Source: a virus. From it: DNA of 64,000 nucleotides. The stretch spans positions 1 to 64,000 of IMG/VR virus record IMGVR_UViG_3300016476_001273; one strand, 5' to 3'. Under the pieces are notes generated by a model, which was given only the letters and a program-made list of their open reading frames with translations, was not told the origin of the DNA and made no database searches. Positions 40,175 to 49,300 of the stretch are shown here, in pieces. The first letter of the stretch is position 1; each line of letters opens with the position of its first letter. A program made the position numbers and the translations under genes.

Positions 40175-40648
40175 ATGAAACGCTTTCTATTAATTTTTGT
40201 CTTTTTACTTACTTATTTTCTGTCCTTTTCACAAAACTATATTTTGGTTAATTACAACATTTCTTCAAATAAAAAAAGAATGTTTATTATTATTAATAAC
40301 AAAATAGTTAATAAATTTATGGTTTGCTCTGGAAAAACAGATATAAATAATAAAGTTATATTTTCAAATTTAGTTGACTCTAATTGTTCATCAAAAGGTA
40401 AGATTAAAATAGGTAATAGTTATTATGGTACTTATGGTAAAGCTTATAAACTACACGGTTTAGAAAAAACTAATTCAAACATATTTAAAAGATTTGTTGT
40501 GTTACATTCTCATAGTTGTGTTCCTCAAAATGAAACATCTTATTATATTTGTAATAGTATGGGATGTCTAACAGTTAATCCTAAAGATTTTGAAACTATT
40601 GAAAACTACATTAAAAAATATAAAATAAAAACTATTTTAGTTCAATAG
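40175..40648 (+). CDS. Secreted murein L,D-transpeptidase catalytic-domain protein (YkuD-like)
   Basis: Signal peptide MKRFLLIFVFLLTYFLSFSQ from ATG 40175. FSN...SSKG, YYGTYG, LHGLEKTNSN...VVLHS...SMGC with catalytic His/Cys. Confidence 0.8.
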   Translation: MKRFLLIFVFLLTYFLSFSQNYILVNYNISSNKKRMFIIINNKIVNKFMVCSGKTDINNKVIFSNLVDSNCSSKGKIKIGNSYYGTYGKAYKLHGLEKTNSNIFKRFVVLHSHSCVPQNETSYYICNSMGCLTVNPKDFETIENYIKKYKIKTILVQ

Positions 40649-43600
40649 CGTCATATTCTTTTTTATAGTTTTTTACTGGTTTAAAATCACCTTTTGCTTC
40701 ATTTGGTTTTTTCTTAAAAAATTTAGGAGCAACATTTCTATACGCTACTTTTTCTATTCTACTTAATGGTGTTGTATTTTTATCTAATTCAGAGTTAATA
40801 TATTTTAGATATAACAAAGTAGCAGGTACAATATGTTTAGAATCATATGGGTCATAATTATCTTCTGTAATATTGAGGGCTTTTAATCTTTTTGCTATTC
40901 TTTCATCTTTAAACAAATTATCTACATTTAATTGTGTAATTCCTTTTGTTTTAGCAAACGGATTAAATCTTTCTGTCCAATAAGTAGGGACAGGAATTAT
41001 TCCTTTCATTCTAATAATTGTATCATCTCCACCCTTAGACTCTGCTAATGCCATAGCAACTGCTTGTCTAGCAAATTCATTATAAGAATTATTAGAAATT
41101 CCTAAAACATCCATATACTGGTCTTTAAACGTCTCTAAAGTATCTTTAAAAGGCAAAAACTCATCTTCATCATAATTTGCTTTTCCTTTGTAGTTTATTT
41201 TTAAAGGAGTTATTTTTTCTTCTAATAAATTATTGTCTGCTAAATATTTTCTAGTATATTTTTTATATTCATTAGGTATTGTGATATTATTTAGTTTAAA
41301 ACCTAAACCAGAATCTCCTATTCTTAATAGCTGATTATAGTCGTAAACAATAGGTATTCCTTTTTCATCATAACCTATAACTCTTGCAGAATGTCTTGAA
41401 CTTGAAAGATTTTTCTTTTTGTTATAAGCATTATTAACAGACTCGTTTTCACCATATCCTAATAGTGTACCAATAGGAAGAGAGTTTAAATCTACTTTAT
41501 TTACATCTTCTCCTGTATAATTAACATGGCCTTTTTCTTTTAACAATCCATGTATATCCCAACTGTCAGCACTTTCTCCGTATTCGTTATATCTACTATG
41601 ATTTCTTCCTGAACTTATATTATATTTTTCTTTTAACTCATTTGAATTTGGGATAGAAAGTATCGGAGAAACATATTTATCAAAATATAAATTAGTCTCT
41701 TCTAAACAATTCCCTGTTTTACATTGTTCAAGTCTTTTATTAATTTTATAGTCATTACCATTTAATTCTTCTTTTGTATATAAAAAATCTCTGGGATTTG
41801 TTGTAACCCCACTTTGAGCTTTAGGTAGTTTTTCTATTAATCCTAATTGAGAAAGAATAGAATCATTTCCTCCAAATTGTTGTTTTTTAGTTCTATATTT
41901 TTCTAAATCTTTTTTTAATTGTTTTTTTATTTCTGGTTTATAAAAAACATGATGATAATCATTTTCAATAGGGTTATCTAATGTTCCTACTGTTGTAAAA
42001 GGTTTTCCTATATAATCATCGAGTTTTATATTTTTAAATTCTAAATCCCAATCATCTTTATAAACTTCTCGAATACTTTCTTTGTCAGTTTGAATATCTA
42101 TAATTTTACCATTTTTATCAGTGTTTACATAAATTCTTGGAAATATTTCTTCTGAAGAAGAAAATCCTCCCATAGGAGTATATGATTTATACATTATTTT
42201 TCCTTCTTCTGTAACTCGCGCAGGATTAATCTTATCATGAGGATTATAGTTATCATAAATAAACATATCTTTATTATTATTTTTCCCTATATAAGCATAA
42301 GTATTATTTTTTTGAGGAATTCCTAAATATAATTTCCAACTATCGTCTCTTGCATCTATCTCTGTTTTGTTTACAAAACCAGGTAAAATATTTCCTTTTA
42401 GATTTTTATTGTTTTTCCACCCTCCCGATAATAAATTATCTTTTATTATTTCAGAATAATTTGAATATATATCAGGATAACCAAAAGGATGAATTAAGGT
42501 ATTTAAAGACTCACTAATTACAGGATTATATGCTTTTCTTTGATTAAATGTTATACCATAATCTCTCATTTGTTGAAATCGTCTTGTTTTTTCAGGAATC
42601 TTGGATATTCTTCCTTCTATCTCACTTAAAGCTATTTTCATACCTGTTTTATTTAAAAAAGGTTTAGTATAAGAATAACTCATAGGGATTGTACTCATAA
42701 CAGCATCAGTATATTCACCTTGAGCAGCATCTACCATCCCGTTAGCTATTGTATTAGCTGTGTTGTATATTTCTCCTAATACAGGAACAGGAGACAAAGC
42801 CAATCCTAACATATTTGTTTGGTCTTGTCTAGTATTTATTCTTTCATTAGCTTCTTTTTTTAAATTTTCTCTTTCCCAATATTCTCTATTAGGATTATTT
42901 TGTTTTTTAGGACTTAAATATGTTTGTCTTTTTTTTAATTCTTCTGCTAATATTTCTTTTTGATTTTTTTGTATTTGAAAAGGGTTAATTGGTCTTTGTA
43001 CAGATGTACTATATTGTCCTTTAGGAATAAGATTTAAACTACTTAATAAAGAATTATTACTTCCCCCATATTGTTTTTTCTTTACTTTAAATTTATCATC
43101 AGAAGGGTTTATTATATCCATACTTGTTCCTAATATTTGTCCACCTATTCTAAGAGGAAGTTGATGTTTCTTACCAGCTATTTGCATAATGTTAGAAGCT
43201 AAATCTACTTTATCATTCATTTCATTTCCGATTAAATCTAGTCCTGTATTTATAGCTAAACTTCCGTATTTAAAGTATGGATTAGGAGCTAATGCTGTCA
43301 AAGCTGTAAGAGCAGAAAGTTTATCTTTTGATGTTGGATATTGATTATCAATTTTTTTCCAGTCTTGATACAACGGAGTGTTTTTAATTTTATTTATCAT
43401 ATTTCTTAAAGGATTATCAAAATAGTCATCTTCTAAAGAATTAATTTCTCCTCCATACTGAGCTTGTGCTTCTTCCTCAAAGTCTATTCCACTTTCATCT
43501 TTTTTATTTTCTACATAATCAAATATAGCATCATATATTTCTTCGTCTGTAGGAAGTGCTGATATTTGACTTCTATTTATATTATTAGAATTAGCTGATT

Positions 43601-44057
43601 CTCTATTATTTATAAAATTTTTACTTTTTCCTAATATTTTTAAAACTTGTTTATCTTTAACTTTTTGAATTTCTAAAAATAATTGAGAAGGACTTACAGC
43701 TTTCTTCAATCTAATATCTAATCCTAATTGTCCAGCTATACTTTCTCCTTCAATAGGTTTGATTTTAACTATTTGCTCCTTTACGTTATGTTCTCTATTG
43801 CCATTTTCCACTTGTCTATAACTATCAGACAATACACTATCTGCATCTATTTCTACTCCACCATCTCCTTTATTCACTTTATTGATTCCGAATTTATTAA
43901 TTCTCATTTCATCATCATGCGAAGGAGCATTATTAGAAATTTTTTGTATTTGACCATCAGGAGTTTTAAATACTTCACCTTGTTCAGCTAATATTTTTTG
44001 TTCACCAGACCACCCTTCAAACCCACTTTGAGCTTTTTTAATGTTAAATCTTGACAT
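40632..44057 (-). CDS. Multidomain cargo protein with CHAP/NlpC-P60-like and lysozyme-like domains
   Basis: 1141 aa. N-terminal AEQGE...PSH...GGV crAss-like cargo motif; GNCLE...DSWD...RHSARVIG (Cys/His); ALAESKGG...KGITQ (lysozyme fold). Domains separated by QYGG/QFGG linkers. Confidence 0.65.
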   Translation of the reverse strand: MSRFNIKKAQSGFEGWSGEQKILAEQGEVFKTPDGQIQKISNNAPSHDDEMRINKFGINKVNKGDGGVEIDADSVLSDSYRQVENGNREHNVKEQIVKIKPIEGESIAGQLGLDIRLKKAVSPSQLFLEIQKVKDKQVLKILGKSKNFINNRESANSNNINRSQISALPTDEEIYDAIFDYVENKKDESGIDFEEEAQAQYGGEINSLEDDYFDNPLRNMINKIKNTPLYQDWKKIDNQYPTSKDKLSALTALTALAPNPYFKYGSLAINTGLDLIGNEMNDKVDLASNIMQIAGKKHQLPLRIGGQILGTSMDIINPSDDKFKVKKKQYGGSNNSLLSSLNLIPKGQYSTSVQRPINPFQIQKNQKEILAEELKKRQTYLSPKKQNNPNREYWERENLKKEANERINTRQDQTNMLGLALSPVPVLGEIYNTANTIANGMVDAAQGEYTDAVMSTIPMSYSYTKPFLNKTGMKIALSEIEGRISKIPEKTRRFQQMRDYGITFNQRKAYNPVISESLNTLIHPFGYPDIYSNYSEIIKDNLLSGGWKNNKNLKGNILPGFVNKTEIDARDDSWKLYLGIPQKNNTYAYIGKNNNKDMFIYDNYNPHDKINPARVTEEGKIMYKSYTPMGGFSSSEEIFPRIYVNTDKNGKIIDIQTDKESIREVYKDDWDLEFKNIKLDDYIGKPFTTVGTLDNPIENDYHHVFYKPEIKKQLKKDLEKYRTKKQQFGGNDSILSQLGLIEKLPKAQSGVTTNPRDFLYTKEELNGNDYKINKRLEQCKTGNCLEETNLYFDKYVSPILSIPNSNELKEKYNISSGRNHSRYNEYGESADSWDIHGLLKEKGHVNYTGEDVNKVDLNSLPIGTLLGYGENESVNNAYNKKKNLSSSRHSARVIGYDEKGIPIVYDYNQLLRIGDSGLGFKLNNITIPNEYKKYTRKYLADNNLLEEKITPLKINYKGKANYDEDEFLPFKDTLETFKDQYMDVLGISNNSYNEFARQAVAMALAESKGGDDTIIRMKGIIPVPTYWTERFNPFAKTKGITQLNVDNLFKDERIAKRLKALNITEDNYDPYDSKHIVPATLLYLKYINSELDKNTTPLSRIEKVAYRNVAPKFFKKKPNEAKGDFKPVKNYKKEYDAIELK

Positions 44058-44131
44058 ATCTTTATAAATTTATACTTACAGAGTTAATAAAAAGTAATTA
44101 AAGAAAAATATAACTTTTAATAAAATTATAT

Positions 44132-44139
44132 TATATTTG
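44132..44139 (+). promoter_or_regulatory. Bacteroidota-type -7 promoter element (TAnnTTTG)
   Basis: TATATTTG about 33 nt upstream of the GIY-YIG ORF. The AT-rich background weakens the inference. Confidence 0.5.
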
Positions 44140-44171
44140 TATATATAAATAATTTTTAATTAAAAATTATA

Positions 44172-44426
44172 GTGAAAATGTATTACACATATTTATTAAA
44201 AGCTAACGGGTTATACAAAATAGGAAAAAGTAAAAATGTTAGTAAAAGAATTAAACAATTAAGAACAGCTTCTCCTGATATTAAATTAATAGCTTATATA
44301 AATATAGATATTGAAAAAGAATTACATTTAATTTTACTTCCTTATAAATATAAATTAGAATGGTATAAGTTAAATAATCCCGATTGGGTATTAGAGTATT
44401 TTATTGATAGAAAAATAAATAATTAA
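44172..44426 (+). CDS. GIY-YIG / T5orf172-like nuclease domain protein
   Basis: YTYLL...YKIGKS..VSKRIKQLRTASP...EKELH...EWY pattern. Confidence 0.8.
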   Translation: MKMYYTYLLKANGLYKIGKSKNVSKRIKQLRTASPDIKLIAYINIDIEKELHLILLPYKYKLEWYKLNNPDWVLEYFIDRKINN

Positions 44427-44432
44427 TATATC

Positions 44433-44464
44433 TTGACATTGTAATAATAATTATATTATATTTG
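44433..44464 (+). promoter_or_regulatory. Promoter: TTGACA plus TAnnTTTG element
   Basis: TTGACA at 44433-44438 and TATATTTG at 44457-44464, immediately before a hairpin and the tRNA-like element. Confidence 0.55.
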
Positions 44465-44561
44465 CATTGTTATTCTTCTACTTCCTTTATACCCAGTCGA
44501 ATTATTTATATTGTGAAGTAGAGGAATATTTTAAATAGCTAACCTAATTAATTTTTATATA

Positions 44562-44637
44562 GCTGGGGGTAGGTGAGGTATCTATCTTGTCTCATAAGCA
44601 AGAACTAAAGTCAGTTTGATTCTGACCCGTAGCAACT
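44562..44637 (+). tRNA. Degenerate tRNA-Met/Ile2-like gene (anticodon CAT), possibly a pseudo-tRNA
   Basis: Anticodon arm CTTGT-CTCATAA-GCAAG, T arm GTCAG-TTTGATT-CTGAC, short D arm AGGT/ATCT, imperfect acceptor GCTGGGG/CCGTAGC with a G-G mismatch. T loop reads TTT rather than TTC. No encoded CCA. Confidence 0.55.
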
Positions 44638-44665
44638 AAGTAATATTTTTCATATATTTTAATTC

Positions 44666-44700
44666 AAAAGCTCTAAGAAAATTTCCTAGAGCTTTTTTTT
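44666..44700. terminator. Probable bidirectional intrinsic terminator
   Basis: AAAAGCTCTA...TAGAGCTTTTTTTT, between the plus-strand island and the converging minus-strand gene. Confidence 0.7.
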
Positions 44701-44959
44701 ATTCAATCATTCTTGTTATAATTTCTACATCATTAAAAGTAGATATTTTTCCATCAAATCTAGTTTTAGTTTCACCTATTAATTTAGGAATTTCTTCTAT
44801 TATTATTTCTTTAGACGGATAATAAAAAGTACAAACTAAATCAAATAAATTATCAGATGAACATTTTTTAAATATATATTCATCATCATCTTTTAAATTA
44901 TTTAATTTTTTAAAGCACCAATTATTTTCTTCAAAACTTATAATAATATTATTTTTCAT
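44699..44959 (-). CDS. Hypothetical protein
   Basis: 86 aa, overlapping the upstream gene. Confidence 0.5.
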   Translation of the reverse strand: MKNNIIISFEENNWCFKKLNNLKDDDEYIFKKCSSDNLFDLVCTFYYPSKEIIIEEIPKLIGETKTRFDGKISTFNDVEIITRMIE

Positions 44960-45305
44960 CCGCTTCTAAATATTCTTTAACTATTGACATTACTTTATAT
45001 TGTAAATCTTCCCTAAGTATTTCATCACTTATCATATATTGTATTTCTGTTCCTGTTTCTGTACTAATTGCTAATGATGTACACATTACTTCTTTTAAAA
45101 AATTAAATTTTCGTTTAGCTTTTTCTTGTTTGGTTTCTTTAGTTTTTCTTTTCTTTTTTATTGGAATTGTTTCTAAAGAAATACTTTTAACTGATTCTTC
45201 TGACATTGGTATATATTTTTTTTTAATTTTTTCTTCACTAAGATTAAATATTTTAGAAAGAATAGAAATTATTTTTTCATCCTGTTTACTAAATTCTTGA
45301 TTCAT
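44949..45305 (-). CDS. Hypothetical protein (basic central segment)
   Basis: 118 aa, coupled to the SLT gene. Confidence 0.5.
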   Translation of the reverse strand: MNQEFSKQDEKIISILSKIFNLSEEKIKKKYIPMSEESVKSISLETIPIKKKRKTKETKQEKAKRKFNFLKEVMCTSLAISTETGTEIQYMISDEILREDLQYKVMSIVKEYLEADEK

Positions 45306-45306
45306 A

Positions 45307-46335
45307 TTAAATATAAGCTACTTGTTTATTATCAGTTTGTTTTAAAGAATTATAACGGTTCTCATTCATTCCTTTTTCATTCATTCTTTTTTCATATTCC
45401 ATTAAATTATTAGCGTTTTGAATATTTGATAAATATGAAATTGAATTATCTATTCCATTTTCTATTCCAGTTAATATATTATTTTTTCTTTCTTTAACAA
45501 AATCGTTAATATTATTAATTGCACTTACACCTTTAGATACATAATTTGAAATATTTTCCCAATTTACTCCTTCATTATTTAATGAGGTTGCAGAATCATT
45601 TTTTGGTATTAATTTATCTATTTCTAAATCAGATGGTGTTGCTCCTTTAAATGTAAAATTAAATTGCGCTTTTTTTAGAGTTCCTGAAGGAATAAACCCT
45701 CCGTATTGTCTTAATCTACTGTAATTTTGCGTTTCTTCAGGAAGAGATATTCCTTTTTGATAATAATTTTTAACTCTGCCTATACCACCATTATATGCTG
45801 CATCTATTGTTTGTTCGTTAATAGGAAGATTATAATGTCTTAACATTTCAGGAATCCGTTTATGTTTATACCAAGAACCTACTTCTACATTTAATTCTGG
45901 GTCAAACATATCATCCATTGAATAAGAAGTCCCGTTTATATTATTATAATCCTCTAAAGCTATAGGCATTATTTGCATTAATCCTCTAGCTCCAGCACTA
46001 GATACTGCGTTAGGATTTCCTCCTGATTCTTTTTGGATTGTTCTTTTAATACTTTCATCATCAGAAAAAAAAGAATAGTTTTTATTATTTTTAGATTTTG
46101 TGTTTGATAAACTTTGATAATCTTCATCGTCATCATCAAAAAATAAAAACTCATCTTCTATTTCTTCGTCTTCTTCTTCCTCTTCCATTTGATTTTCTAT
46201 TTCTTCTTGTTTTTTTCTATTAAAATCTCTTTCTTCCATTTCTTTAGCTTCTTCTTCTGCTTGTTCCATTAGTTTGTCTATCCAATCTACAGCATCATCA
46301 TCCCAAATACTTTTACCACTATAAATATCCTCCAT
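45307..46335 (-). CDS. Virion-associated lytic transglycosylase (SLT domain)
   Basis: KESGGNPNAVSSAGARGLMQIMP, FDPELNV, AAYNGGIGRV, ETQNY. Highly acidic N-terminus. Confidence 0.88.
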   Translation of the reverse strand: MEDIYSGKSIWDDDAVDWIDKLMEQAEEEAKEMEERDFNRKKQEEIENQMEEEEEDEEIEDEFLFFDDDDEDYQSLSNTKSKNNKNYSFFSDDESIKRTIQKESGGNPNAVSSAGARGLMQIMPIALEDYNNINGTSYSMDDMFDPELNVEVGSWYKHKRIPEMLRHYNLPINEQTIDAAYNGGIGRVKNYYQKGISLPEETQNYSRLRQYGGFIPSGTLKKAQFNFTFKGATPSDLEIDKLIPKNDSATSLNNEGVNWENISNYVSKGVSAINNINDFVKERKNNILTGIENGIDNSISYLSNIQNANNLMEYEKRMNEKGMNENRYNSLKQTDNKQVAYI

Positions 46336-49300
46336 TTAATATTGTTAATTTATGTGTTATTTTATAATTACTTTCTTTATCATTTATTAATCTTACTTTA
46401 AACTGGTTTCCTTCTATGTGTTTATTAATATTATTATCTACTACATTAAATGCTGCCACATTTAAATAACTACTAACCCCGTTACATCCTTGAATAAACG
46501 CAGGAATATTATTTGTATTAGATGAAAGATTATTTTTAAATTGATTAAAAAAGTAAATACCTTTTTTACTATTTATATTTATTTTTGTTTTACTTAAAGA
46601 ATACTCGGGTATTAATATGTTTTCTTTATTATAATCTATCAAATTTAAAATTCCTGAATTACTATTTTCATTATAAACAATTGCGTTATTAAAAGGACTA
46701 TTATTTATATCAATAAATTTATCAAATTCATTATGTACTCTAATTTTATCTGCTTCAAAACTAATATTATTTAACTTTTCAAATTTAGCAGAATATTTTG
46801 ATATTGTTTCTACAATAAAAGGAAATAATTTTCCATAATAAACTTGATATGATTTATTAGAAAAATTATGAATCCATATACTAGAGTTATAATTTTTAAT
46901 AATAGAATTTAATCCTGTAAAATAATAATTAACTCCATCAATATAATAATTAGGAGTAAAAGAATGAAAACTTATCCAGTCTTTTTTAAAAAAATTATAA
47001 CTAATTGTAAAACTTTTATTGCAAAAATATCTTGTATCTAATATTGATATTTCTTCACCTTTATAATAAAATTTATTATTAGTATATTTTATTTCTGAAT
47101 TAACAGGTTGATAATCTAATTTAGTCAAATAAAAAGTATTAAATCTTCTATCATATCCTAAGCTAATTCCAATTCCTTCATAATTATTATCTATATTAAT
47201 ATCAAAATATTTATTAATTGTAAAAGGAAGGTGAGTTCTAAACCAACTTTTCATTTTACCTCTACTAAGTTCTTGTAAACCATTTCCAGAAGAGGCTAAT
47301 AAAAATACAGCACCTCTTTTACTATCTACTGTAATATGTCCAAATTCAGTAGATATAGACGTTTTGTGTTGACTACCAAAATATCCTAAATCTGGTTTTG
47401 AAAACTCTAAAGGTCTATTTCTAAATATTCCCCCATTACCAACAATTATTGTATTTAAATTTGTTTCTAACGTTTGATAAGCACTAAATAATTTGCTATC
47501 ATTTTCAAATTGTACAAGTATTTTATCATTTTCAATTTGTTTTATACTTGTCAGCTTACCATTTTTATAATCAAAGTCTTTATAATCTAAAGCTAAATTA
47601 TATAAATAATTATCTTTAAAATCATTATTTTCTATATCGCTACCTTGTAAAGAATAAATTATTCTATTAGAATGTTCTATTTTACAATTTTCTTTTGGTG
47701 TATAATTAATATCATATGTAGTTATTACTTCTTCTCTATTTTGTTTTGAATAATCATTATTATAATAATAAAAATTATCCCATCTAGGAGAAATATTTTT
47801 TTCTTGTAACCACCAATCTAAATCTTGCTGTCTTGGATAAAAATCTTTTTCTTCTGTGTTTTTAGCATATCTTAAATCTAAATTATAATCACTTTCACAA
47901 ATAAAATAAGGTATTCCATAAGAATATAAATATATTTTTCCTTGTAAAGGTCTTGTTGAAAATAACTTACTATTTTTATCAAAATTCTTTATTTCACAAT
48001 CTAATGAATAATCTGGTACTTTAAAAAAACTATAGGGGTCTAAAAGTGTACTTCTAAAAAACCCACCTATATATTTTAAATATTTATAAAAATTATATCT
48101 ATTATTAGCATAATCATTAATTGCCCATATATTGCCTCCGGGAATAGCTAATAACCACCATTTAAGTCTAGTTTTACTTTGTTGTGTTGTTTCTATAATT
48201 TCTCTAGGATTTACACCTGTTATAAGCATTGTAACAATAGTATCAATTAAAGGATTTCCTCCTAAATTCAAACTAGAGTGTCTGTAACCTTTATAAGTAG
48301 TATCAAAATAATATTTAGGAAAAGCTATATTCGGATAATCAGAATACCAAATATCACTGTCTCTTGGTAAATTAAATAATGTTCTAGTAAAATAAGAATG
48401 TTTTCTCTTTAAAGCAAATCTTCCTATAAATTTATCACCTCCAAATAAACTAAAAAGTTCTCTAGTGTTTCTAGTTATTCCGTCAGTAGGAATCCAATTA
48501 ATATCAAATACATTTCCATACTGATTAATTCTTTCATTTTTAATTGTAGCATAATATGAGATAATATCTCTTTCTATTATGTCATTTTCATTATAATCAC
48601 AATCTATTTGTGAAATAGTTGTTTTACTATTTTCTATAACACTTGACGGATTTGGTAATTTTGTTTCTACTTGTAAAAATACAGAACTTTCTCTTAACCA
48701 ATTATTAAATAATATAGAATTACTTTGAGTAATACTATCTTTATTATTTAAAGGAATCGAAAGTCTATCACTATCTAAATATAAACCTGTATCAATAACT
48801 CTGATTTTTTCTCCTTTATTTAATACAGCATTGTAATTTGTATATTTTCCTACTGTTTGATATTGCCAGTGATAATTTTCATAATTAGCTAATAATTTAA
48901 ATAATTGTAATATTTTTTCTATTTGAGAAATAATTGTATTTGCTCTCCAAAACTGTTCTAAATCATCATTTTTAGAAATAGCTCCTCCTATTAATCCTCC
49001 TGCAACAGAACCTATTAATCCTCCTACTGCTGTACCAATAGATGTTCCTACTCCGGGGGCTATCGCACTTCCTGCTATACCTCCTGCAACAGAACCTATA
49101 CTTTGCCCTATTGTTTGTGCTTGTCCAGTAGCTCCGTCTTTAAATTCAACTAACTCTCCTAATATTGTTCCTAAAACAATAGCTAAATCATATTGCTCTT
49201 TTGATAATAATTTTAATTCTGCTTGATTTTCACATTTATTAAAATATCCTCTTGATTTTCCAAATTCTTCTGTTTCTAATTTTAATACATTTCCTAAAGT

